Origin: Priapulus caudatus
Lineage: Eukaryota
Direction: 5' to 3'
Assembly (NCBI RefSeq): GCF_000485595.1
Contig: NW_014577080.1
Span: 343,423-407,422 of the forward strand
DNA: 64,000 bases
The notes under the pieces are model-generated. The model searched no databases, was not told the origin of the DNA, and saw nothing but the letters and a program-made list of their open reading frames with translations. The number at the start of each line of letters is the position of its first letter. The stretch's first letter is position 1. Below, piece after piece: positions 53,005 through 64,000 of the stretch. Position numbers and translations under genes: made by a program.

Positions 53005-53659
53005 GTGTACGTGTGTGTACGTGCGTGTACCCGCGTGCACGTGCGTGCACGTGCGTGCACGTGCGTGTATCTCCGTGTACCCGCGTGTACGTGCGTTTAC
53101 GTGCGTGTACGTGGGTGTACGTGCGTGTACGTGTGTGTACCCGCGTGCACGTGCGTGTACCCGCGTGTACTTGAGTGTATCTCCGTGTACCCGCGTGTAC
53201 GTGCGTTTACGTGCGTGTACGTGGGTGTACGTGCGTGTACGTGTGTGTACCCGCGTGCACGTGCGTGTACCCGCGTGTACTTGAGTGTATCTCCGTGTAC
53301 CCGCGTGTACGTGCGTGTACGTGCGTGTACCCGCGTGCACGTGCGTGTACCCGCGTGTACGTGCGTATATCTCCGTGTACCCGCGTGTACGTGCGTGTAT
53401 CTGCGTGTGCGTGTACGGGCGTGTATCTGCGTGTTCGTGCGTGTATCTGCGTGTACGTGCGTGTATCCGCGTGTACGTGCGTGTATCTGCGTGTACGTGC
53501 GTCTACCTGCGTGTACGTGCGTGTATCTCCGTGTACCCGCGTGTATCTGCGTGTACGTTCGTGTACCCGCGTGTACGTGCGTGTACCCCCTCTGTGCGTG
53601 CCTGCCTGAGCCTAGCTTAGCATCGTTTTCGTGCGATGACCCCAGGTCATAAATAATAA
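53005..53659. mobile_element. Right arm of the same foldback family (GTGTACGTGC satellite plus terminal ...GGTCATAAATAATAA), after the gap at 52995-53004
   Basis: Terminus is the reverse complement of 49785-49880. Confidence 0.85.
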
Positions 53660-54856
53660 TTAAGACTGGTCTTAGCTGCGCAAACAACAACCGTGCGCAA
53701 CAGCGGTGTCAGCAAACAGCACCAGTAAACAATGGCTGGTCGTATCTGAGCATTGATTTCACTATAGGCATGCACATCGTGAGGTGCCTCGCAAACCGCT
53801 TGTGAGGTTGAACTCAATTGAGTCTGTTTCAAGTCTGAGTCTGTGTGCATAGCAAGCGCATCAGGTAATTATGAAGGTCAACCATCGAGTCCTTATACTT
53901 ATCTTGTATAAGTTTAATTCATGCGCGCGGCGTATGTAACATAATCATAGTTTTACGCGTAACAGCGCGTTGCACGCATCACATTGCAGTTGTGGTTCTG
54001 TGAGGTTGCTCTTATATTATGTATAAAATTGGCATGCGCGGTGATTGGAGCATGCACATTAGTAATTTTTATTTGCGTCGTGTTTTATTTTATCGCGATT
54101 TCTAAGTGAAAGAAAGAACATCGTGCGTGCGCGCCTTTGTGTCTGTGTGTTAAGGGCAACTGCGTGCTATAGAATATGCAGTGATTTTTCATCATTGGCT
54201 TGGAAATTATGACACAAGAGTGTCAGACCGTGCTGTTTAGCCGTTGTTGATGTATTCCTAAATACAACAACGCGTTCTGCACGCGGACATGACTTCCTGT
54301 CGCAAAAAGATTTGAAAGTCAACATATTGTGACAGTCTGTCACTTGCAACTGCAAAACAGGGGCATCAAAAACGGAAGAATGCGACAAAACTGTATCTGA
54401 GTGTAGTTACGACTAGTCTGTTACAGTATTGATTGAGTAAGTGCTCTTTTCTAATGCCAGAGCAGCTGCTGCTAACAGTGGAAAGTTGCGATATATTTTT
54501 TTTTTTCATTAAAGGTCTAAAATGTTTTGTTCCTTACTGTAAATCTTTATACGTGTGTCGTGTCGTTGTCAAGTCTGAAACATCTGTAGCAGATAGCGTT
54601 TATGACATGAAACAAGGATTTATGAGGATAGTCTGGATTTCTTGGTATGTCCTCTTATTTACACATATAGCAAGTATTATATTTGGCTATATATTTTGCC
54701 TATTGCTATAATTTGGTGGAAGGATGCTATACTTGGATATTCTCCAGTATAATTTCGTCGTTCACCTGAGTTATTATTATTATTTTTATTTTTATTATTA
54801 CGCTTTATATTGTTATTGTAATAGTAATTACCTCATTACACGCTTATATCATATAC

Positions 54857-54926
<70 letters not shown>

Positions 54927-55251
54927 TGTGTGTCACTGTGTATGTATGTATATATATATATATATATATATATAAGGAAGTTTATGAAGGGTTGTTCGCT
55001 TTTATTTAAATTAGATCTTAAATGTTAATTATCAAAGCAATTTAAATTACGGATTATCCGCGAAGATTTCCAGCCCATTTACACAGAAATACTTGCGCTT
55101 TAAAAGGGATAACACATTTCCCAATAATAATTACAGCAGTTACGCAGCTGTTGCTTCCTTCTAACGATGAGTAATAATTAGCTGCCTGTCATGCCGTTCG
55201 TACACGCATGCATGTTTGCGTGCCGGTGGCTACTGTCGCTGACTGGAGCGA

Positions 55252-55519
55252 CTCCCGGTGGGGGGGGGGGGGTACTCACCTTTTTGGGGGTAGGGGTGCT
55301 CCACCTAAATGGGGAAATTGAGGGCAAAAAGATGGCTTGACGTGTGAAAACCTAGGGCAAAAAGATGGCAAGGAAAATTGGGGGGGGGGCAAAAAGATGA
55401 CTAGCAAAAAATATGGGGGCAAAAAGATGGCAAGGAAAACGAAAAATGGGGAGCAATAATGCGGCGCATATATATATATATAATACGTTACTATGCGGAG
55501 TACCCCCCACCCGAGGGAG
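55252..55519. mobile_element. MITE with CCCGG(G)nTACTC...GAGTA(C)n..GGG ends
   Basis: Inverted termini; four internal GGGCAAAAAGATG repeats. Confidence 0.75.
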
Positions 55520-56705
55520 CGGCCGTGTGTGTGTGTACTAGCTGCTCCTCAGATATCCGCATTTACTTTTGGCGCGCGCGTGTGTGTACAGTGACGCGAT
55601 GCGCTGCGTCAGAGAGCCTGGCGCGTGCAGCGATCATGAATACAAGTTACAACACCTATATTTGCGTCGGATCAATGAGTATCAGCCATCCTGTTCAAGT
55701 CACGGCCGACAGCTTTAACATCCCAGTTTAATTGAATTCTGGGGGCCGTGGAGCGCGCATGCGCAGGAGCAGCTCGTTGGATGCAACCATTTTTCAGTCG
55801 GCGCATGCTGGTGTGGAACTTCCTGTGAAAACTAATTCGTTGACATTCCTCCGAATTTTGCTCTGGTGTGATGGAATGGGTGGATTTAATTAAAAAAGAA
55901 CACATTCCTTGAACTATTTCTGCCTATCTCGAACCCTTATCACGGTCGGTGTCATCCGCAATTTCGATTAAAATCTGGTATCCGTGAGTTTACAGCGATT
56001 GTTGATATGGCGCATGTGTATTTTGTATTGCCATAAATAGGTGTTTACTGAAGGATGTGGTTCACGGAGCAGCTATATTGTCGTTATCTAGGATAGATGA
56101 AAGAATTATCATTTGTCAAATAGCGGAGTGGTACTTTTTATAAAAATGAACTTTGATATCTCAGGAGTCGTACGATTGTTCACTACCTTTCCAAATTACT
56201 TTACTGAACTGCATCAAAGTGTTTCCCTTTTAAAATCTCCTAATAAACTAGAGTAGCGGGTGAGCAAAGTCCGAGTTGTTTTAATCGGCTCGTGAGTGTT
56301 AACAATAGGCATCCTGGTCTGAATAGCTATATTAAAATCGGGAGAGCCTCTCCCCATGTACAAGCATTGACTGCGTGCACGGTAGAGCATGTTCACTGTA
56401 GCGCATGCAATGCTGGTGACAAAATGAGACAGACGTGTCGCGAGTAAAACGCATTTCGCGATAGACGCGATTAGTCGTCGATCTGAATTGAGGCGGTGCG
56501 GCTCTCTGTGTGTGTTCTCCTCTGTCACACGTGTCAGACGATCAACCCCCCCCCCGTAGACACGTGCTAATCCGTTTATGACGTGTATCGCTTCGAGTCA
56601 TGGCTGCTGAATATGTGCGCACGTCTATGACGACCGGATTTGCGCACTTAATTGCGCAGACGGCAATCTGCGCGAAATCGAACGATATCCTAGAACGGTA
56701 TATTG

Positions 56706-56953
56706 CAGTGGCGGATCTAGACGGTTGTAGTGTTTCAACCCCCTTGTTTAGCCACTGAATAATGTTATCAGGAGGGACGAATAATATATTATTAATAGAT
56801 TATATATTAATATAGATAATCTATTATTATTATTCACTTCTGATGTTATGATACTAGTCAAATGGTGCCACCCTAGCACCGCCTGCCTTCGGCATGCCTT
56901 CACTCAAATACCCCCCCCCCCCCCCCGTCTCCTGAAAGCTAGATCCGGCCATG
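56706..56953. mobile_element. hAT-like MITE CAGTGGCGGATCTAG...CTAGATCCGGCCATG
   Basis: Imperfect TIR; flanks TATTG/CATTG; hosts the 56769-56842 remnant. Confidence 0.7.
56769..56842. mobile_element. Mini TIR remnant CAGGAG...CTTCTG (74 bp) nested in the hAT-like MITE
   Basis: Perfect TSD ATGTTAT; AT filler; ends resemble those of 21752-21848. Confidence 0.8.
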
Positions 56954-56954
56954 C

Positions 56955-57060
<106 letters not shown>

Positions 57061-60000
57061 TTTGTGGGATATGATGCTACAATCTACATGCATTGCTATC
57101 ACGGTTTTACTCGCCGCTAATAACAAACAACAAGTTGGATGAATAATTAACTGGAGTTTTAAACACTGATAAAATATAAGTGAGTAGGCATAGGCGTGTA
57201 ACACTTCTACCCACTGATTTTATAGAATACTGGTCATCCGATTTTACCAGGCGATGCGCTATACTCAGCTGCGTTTTCAGTTATTCTCTCTGATCTAACG
57301 CGATCTTTCATGAAAGTTTTAGTTCTATCCCAGCGTCCATCGCTTTCAATTACAGCTTCAGCGAAATGCTTGTCCGATAATGCCGATATGCACGCTGCAC
57401 GTAGTGCTAGAGCTATACGAATGTATGGTGTGCCCGAGTCTTGGAATTAGATTCGTGAGATTTCTTTCCACGTACCTACACAGCAAGGCCGCTTGCGCTT
57501 ACACCGAGGTGTGTTGTAGTTATGCCGCAACGGATATGCAACAGCCACTGTGAGGTAAAACTATTGTGATATATTTTGGAAAATGTCAAACCATAGTGCT
57601 AAAAATAGGCTATTTATATATTATTGGAGATAAGAAGTTTCTTTGCCTATGATATTCGTGCATACATTCGAGCTGAGCGCATAAATGGGCATTGCATCTG
57701 CTAAACGTGCACAGGCATGAAATCTGAAAGATAAGGATAGCACCTTGAAAAGGTTTCAGTGTTACCATGGCAATAAGATGTTGTGTCACCATATACATTC
57801 GCTGGGAGGTAAACTCGGTTGGTCAGTGTACACGGGGGAGACGTGAGGCCGGGGGGGGGGACGCTGTGATATGTGCAAATATTACCCAGCCTGCTACACT
57901 CATTGACGTACGCGTCGTCTGTGTGTGCGCTGAATTGTCAGCAACTGCAGCTGAGCAGACGGATTAGACAAACTGAGAGCAGCGTGTGATTCCGATCCAT
58001 ATATATATATATATTGTAATTATAGCGCTCACGATCGCCGCTAGCGCGCTCTGCTGCTGGGGTGAGAATGTAAAGGTCACGTTCTAACGGTTCTATGTCA
58101 AGGACGCTTATTCTAGGTCAAGCTTTAAAGGTCAAGGACGCAAATTCAAGTTTAAAAATGCAGTTTCTGTTATTCTTCGTAATGCCGTTCCCCAAACGGG
58201 TGTTTTTTTATTTTACAGCTATACCCTGGTTTGATCTCACTTTATTGAAATCAGCACGCAATGCAATTTCTGCTATTATAGAAGGAATATAGCTTTCTAT
58301 ACTGACAATTTGTCGCGCAACAGTAAAATATTGATTGGTCTTCTTGCAATAATTAAAGGACAGGAATTCGCTCCCTTTTAAAAGCCAACCTAATCCTTAA
58401 ATTTAAATTGTCATAATTTCACACGTCCATCGCTGTACACATTGATTGGCGGTTACAGTTGTATAGCTAATTTAATTGTTTATGTATAATATATTATAAA
58501 CTAACGTATTAATTGTCTCGCATATATTTATTGGTGGAAATGATAAGTAGTTTCTATAATTGATGCTGCTAGTGAGACTAACCCAAACGTTCGTATATTT
58601 ACCTGCGTTGCTTTTATTAAACTCTAAACTGGCAGGTGTCAAGGCAACGTGAAAGCGTATGTGATTACTTCCAGTCCTTTATAAATAGCCGCTATCGCAT
58701 CGGCTCCCTATTGGCAGTATTATTGGGTTGTTGAACATTTCATTATGACGTGATGTAATTCGATCCCCTGTAGAACATTAAGGCTGATTTATACTGTAAT
58801 ATAGTTTCGTGCGATAGCTCTAGATGCGTCGTTTTAGGCTGGTTCGCTCACGGTAAGAGCTACAATACAATATATTGCGTAAACAATAAAGACGGACATT
58901 TCTCTTTACCCCGTCGGTCCATCTCCCCTAAATTACCTGAAGGACTTTGATGCTTTCTCTCGCATTGTGCTCGCCTAATTGAGCAATAGACTTCTGTTGA
59001 TGATTTTGTCTTTTGCGTCGCCTGTGTGAATTTCTTATTTCCTTTTCCGCCTTGTCGTGTGTCGGAGCTCGTTCACAGCTTCCCACGATTACCCAGGCTT
59101 GGAAGGGATTGCGGACACTGTGCGTACAAGTAGTAGTAATTGTGAGCCGTAATCAAACGAACTCGACTGTAGTTACACAAGACAGATGTGCCGCACTCGT
59201 TTGCGGGTGAGTTTTTCAAAGGTGTGTAATTGCTAGCGAGTGTTGGAGTCGCTGAGTCGTCTGAATGCACGCGAGAAAGCCGCACGCGCTTGGTGAACAC
59301 GCGTGATCGAAGTGAATTCAGGCTTCGCTTGCCGTAGAATGGTGGTTAGCTCATAATTGGCATCTCGAAAACTCATCCTTTTAACAAGTTTACGTCTGTG
59401 CACGAGAGATTTGTAGGCCAGATCAGTCTAGGAAGCCACAAAAAGAATATCGCAGACATATAGTGAAGTAATTCATCTCAGGTTATACGAACAAACTCTG
59501 GGTGATTGGAGGCCTTGTATTTCAGCGTGGCTCACAGAAGGCTACTTGCTATGAGTTATTCATGTCGACGTTTTCTTCTACATAGCCCTTCGCGCATGCA
59601 CAATTCTATGGCCAACCTAGCTATGATCCCATCCAACCAATCGTTCGTGCTTCTCAGACGAAATTTAGGACGTCTTTTTGAATATAGATCATCAGCAAGT
59701 TCTTGCGCGCGCGCGTGCGTGCGAGAGAGAGAGAGAGAAGTCGTGGCAATTCGATGAGGAATGTAATGTGGCCATGCAGCGCCCCGCCGCCGCTACGTGA
59801 CGAAATGCATTGGCAAGCTGTTGGCGATCACTGCTTGCACGTTGATGACTCCAATTTGCAGGCCCATCTGAACACCCTAAATTGACGCAGAATGGACCTT
59901 AAATCCTCCATCTACTCCTTTATGTGGCTTAATTCGCTTACTTGTATGTTGCACCCGTGTAGCAGAGACCTCCGTCTGTGACAGCCGACAGAAGTAAGGC

Positions 60001-60337
60001 TTGCGGGTCATCTGAAGAAAACTACTGCTGTTGCTGCCCCGCACAGCTTGTACTCTATTACATGTAATATCATCTTCTACTAGATTCTTGTGTAACGGGT
60101 CGAGCTGGATTTATTTGGTGGAGGAAGGAACGTTTATAACTTATGATGCTTGGCATAATTGCACTAACCAATATATTTGTCGGTGTAGCTTTGTCGATAA
60201 TGTCGTCAAATTTGTTGATGTTGTCACATATATTTCAACACGGGTTATCTGATGTCAATGATGGGTTCCAGTATCGTGTGTACTTGCATACGTATAAATT
60301 GCGTGAGACCCGCTCAAGGAATGTAACTACATATTAT

Positions 60338-60382
60338 CAGGGTGACTTAATGATATCAAAATTTGTTTTTGATTCACTCCTG
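60338..60382. mobile_element. Mini TIR remnant CAGG(A)GTGA...TCACTCCTG (45 bp)
   Basis: Perfect TSD ATATTAT. Confidence 0.8.
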
Positions 60383-60524
60383 ATATTATCTAGATAAATA
60401 CGTCGCAGTACTATTTACACTTTAGTCCAAGATATGACGTTTTATTTTAACAGACATTATAGACTCGAATAAGTACCAAGGTGCTTCCAAATGCTGATGT
60501 AAATATAGAGTGACATCGGTACGT

Positions 60525-60690
<166 letters not shown>

Positions 60691-60756
60691 AGCAAGCTAA
60701 CCGGGCAAGAGTGCATTTGTTATAATGGATTTTTTTTATTTCCTATATGTTGACAG

Positions 60757-60872
60757 CTCCACCGAGGTTCACCTACTGGCCGCACTCCCCGCAGTACTAC
60801 AATCCTGGCGACACCGCAGTCCTGTGGTGCAACGCGACGGGCGAACCCAGTCCTAACATACTTTGGAGAAAG
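60757..60872 (+). CDS. tutl: Turtle-like exon: Ig2 first half APPRFTYWPHSPQYYNPGDTAVLWCNATGEPSPNILWRK
   Basis: Acceptor TGTTGACAG, donor AAG|GTGAGA; I-set C.A.G.P.P.I.W.K motif. Too short for the ORF track. Confidence 0.95.
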
Positions 60873-61082
60873 GTGAGAATCATGCAGTAGACAATCTGAA
60901 GTAGTACACTTCGTGAATACAGTCGGTCGCAATAACAGGCAGGTGGGACGGTATACGTCATGTTTGGTCGTCGTCTATGACGTTGTTAGTTCTTATACGT
61001 ATTGTCGTCTTAATGTTCGTGAGTATATGCTTTAATACAATTTTTATATTTTTATTTTAGTTGTTATATGTCGTTATACTAT

Positions 61083-61126
61083 CAAGAGCGCACAAACTAT
61101 GTAGGCCTACAGTTTACGTGTTCTTG
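61083..61126. mobile_element. Mini TIR remnant CAAGAG...TTCTTG (44 bp)
   Basis: Imperfect hairpin; flanks ATACTAT/ATAGTAT. Confidence 0.75.
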
Positions 61127-63078
61127 ATAGTATACAGTTTATTGATGAAATTAATATACTTGATAATCGTGTGTATACCAGCCAACTGAAATATGATTAT
61201 AGACTTTATAGCTAAAGGTTTAGGAATTCCATAGATTTGCAGTAAACGTTACACAAATTTGACATTCCATACTCTAGAAGAATGAGCCTTTTTACACAAT
61301 ATAGCAGCCCTATACGTTCCTGCAATTATCAATATAGACATTGTCCAATGTGTACGTTGTTCAGCTTCATGTTTGATCTGCATTCATCTGGAATGCGACC
61401 CAATAGTGCATTCAAAAATATTTGGTGTGTTCTTAGTGCTAGTTCTAGTAAATAGAATTAAATTTGTTATTATTCGTTCCTGCTATATTTATCCGTACCT
61501 CCCTACAATTCGACTAGTGGAAAACTTATATTTGTCTGCAAAGGTACTACCGCAATACAGTCTTCAATGGCACTCTCTGTCTATTATTCCACAGAAATGA
61601 CAAAGAGGCCAACAATTTACCTGTTTGTTAAGTACAATTAGAAGCACGGTCGATTGCGGTTATTCGGATGATGTTTTATAACCATGAAATTATGGGCATT
61701 TATATATACACACACATTATCTGCTTGATAATGTCCCATAACATTTGGCACGAAATTGGAGACAGACTCTCTAGACAAGAATGCGTGTAATGCACGATAG
61801 CATAATTGATTATATTTAATTTTATTTTGAAATTAAATTTAAAGGTCGTTGGAACAATCCAAGAGGACAGTTTCGTAGCGGTCGTGCATAATTATTCTGC
61901 CACAGTGTACAGTATTAAAATGTTGCTAATATGTTCCGTGTAATTTAACTCTCTGGATAATTCTATTTGATCATTTGGAACCCAAAGCTCAGCGATTGAT
62001 GATAAAAAGATGAAGGGCATAATTGTTTAAAGCGGAAAATCTAATTTCAGTCTGTTTCGCTTTGCTGTTGAGATTTTTGTGAAATTCTGCTAATTATAAT
62101 GCAGTGTTTTTATATCAAGCTGAGTGGGAAATTGATACATTCTATACATGACTTCTCGATGCTTAAACGTTTCACTAGGTAAAGCAATTAACTTGTTCAC
62201 TAGGATTTCCCCCATATGCTCTTCTAGCAAACTGCGATGTTGAAGGCAGAGTTGAATCTGCCCTAAATTTGTCCTCGCTTCTTACTTTGGCATCAATATT
62301 GTACATTGCAACTGCATGTGACACAATTTGCATATTTCGCAAAACGCCATAATCGTCTTTGCTAGAGAGTAGTGTTCCTGAATAGCCTAATGGTTCGTGT
62401 AATTTGCTGAGCGTGAAAATATTCGTCTTCGATTATATTTTACATTAGAAATAAAGCATAGGTTTTGCTAAAGAACAGCCACTGCACACGCATTCCGTTG
62501 CTCGTTTCAGTATGGTATAGTATGGAGTAAATGCATAGTAATCTCACCATACGTGTTGTTGACCTCCATATTTTTTTACGAGGAAATATTTCATGGTTTT
62601 CTAATCGACAATCTTTGTTCTTTCACAAAATGTGCGTTGCTATGGAAAGTAGTAAACCCCGTTTACGTGGCTTGAGTGACCTGCTGGTAGTGTTGAAATA
62701 ACTGCTGTTTCTGCGTATATACGGTACGCGTACGCGTAAAAGTAAATTAATGCGAATATATTCCGAAAATGCGGAAAAAGCATATTACGAAACAGGAATG
62801 TCAGTTGTTGCAATGTAAGTAGGTATTGTAAATGATAGATATAGAATACATGTTACGAGAGCATTCTTGTGGTTTACCTATAGTGTATTGCGTTTTATAT
62901 CAAATAAAAAAACTCGTAAATCAAGATATCAAAGGACTATGGCAAAAAAGATATATTTGATATTTATATTAAATATTTACATATGTGGTAATGTGGAATT
63001 CATGTCGATTTAGCGAGTGTAATTATGATAATTTGCATGAAATCGAGATTAACCGCGGTAGTTCTCGTCCTCTTGCAG

Positions 63079-63232
63079 AATGGCATCTACATGAGGAACG
63101 GTACTCAGACGCGCGTGTACAACAACATCCTCCGGATCCCGCATATAGATGGCAGCACCAAAGGCGTCTACGAGTGCGTGGCCCGCAGTGCTGAGGGCGA
63201 ATCTACTCGCGTTGTGCAGGTGGTCGTGGCAG
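63079..63232 (+). CDS. tutl: Turtle-like exon: Ig2 second half NGIYMRNGTQTRVYNNILRIPHIDGSTKGVYECVARSAEGESTRVVQVVVA(G)
   Basis: Acceptor CCTCTTGCAG, donor CAG|GTAATT; G.Y.C.A...EG motif. Confidence 0.95.
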
Positions 63233-63579
63233 GTAATTCACGTCTAAACGGACCGCGGCCAAACTATGGCGGTGCTGTTGCGGATTGCACAAATCAGCGA
63301 TAATGTTGCAGTTATGCTGGCTGATACATATATTGCCAGGCTGCCAGCGTGGAGACTGCAAGTTCATGTTGTCATTTTTAAGAATGCACCTTCTCAAGGT
63401 CAATCAAAATTTAAATCGATATATCTATTTACAGGATATTTTCCTATCAAAGAAAAAGCTTGGCCAATTTTCATTACTGTGGTACTTGAACAGCTTTTAC
63501 ACTACCGGTGAAATGGTTTTACATTGGGACATTAATTGCTTAGCCCTTAAGTAGTTTGCATATATATGTATATATATAT

Positions 63580-63624
<45 letters not shown>

Positions 63625-63756
63625 TAGNNNNNNNNNNTATATATACATATTTGTTTAAGTCCGGAAATATTGAGAGTGATAAGCTACAGGCTTATATATA
63701 TGCCTCCAGGCATGCTGCCAGCACTGCGTTTGTAGAGCGCGCGTCCCTGTAGCTTA

Positions 63757-64000
63757 AGGCCGTCGCACACCTACCCAAAAATCGGTTCGATTAAAAGATC
63801 TCTTCATCGTTTGTAAAATCGGCTCAGCGCGACGCCTTCCGATAAACACCCGCACACCTACGATAAAATGTGATGTCATAATAAACCTACGATAAAATGT
63901 AAATGTCATGTGACACGGGCACGTTCAGCTATTGGCTGTTCAATATTTATCGTAGACGATTTTCCTGAGTTCACGCGCACACCACAAAATCTTGTCGGAT
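63757..64000. mobile_element. Left end of a Harbinger-type MITE running off the window
   Basis: TTA|AGGCCGTCGCACACCTAC with internal GCACACCTACGAT repeats, same style as 19607 and 13222; right end not visible. Confidence 0.6.

Noticed and set aside
49060..53690. Many overlapping 100-230-aa ORFs
   Set aside because: Products of stop-poor satellite repeats.

Overview
Repeat-rich invertebrate animal genomic DNA (spliceosomal introns, microsatellites, three 10-N assembly gaps); nothing prokaryotic is evident. One host gene spans almost the whole window on the + strand: the 5' part of a Turtle/IGSF9-type immunoglobulin-superfamily cell-adhesion gene. I rebuilt six phase-compatible coding exons by hand (3711-3804, 37676-37811, 41181-41307, 41801-41888, 60757-60872, 63079-63232; 238 codons: signal peptide, Ig1, Ig2), and the gene continues past the window end. 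Its 34-kb and 19-kb introns are full of DNA-transposon debris: two inverted, internally deleted PIF/Harbinger copies, Harbinger, hAT-like and Tc1-like MITEs, foldback elements, a Helitron-type 3' end and a tRNA-like Pol III head. The most notable pattern is a set of nine tiny (40-97 bp) CA(A/G)GAG...CTC(T/C)TG hairpins, most flanked by 7-bp (often ATnnnAT) duplications, plus one 850-bp relative. They look like excision/repair footprints of a P-like transposon, and one appears to have copied about 170 bp of flank from another site 10 kb away. No new biological system can be claimed with confidence. All homology calls come from motif recognition, not database searches.
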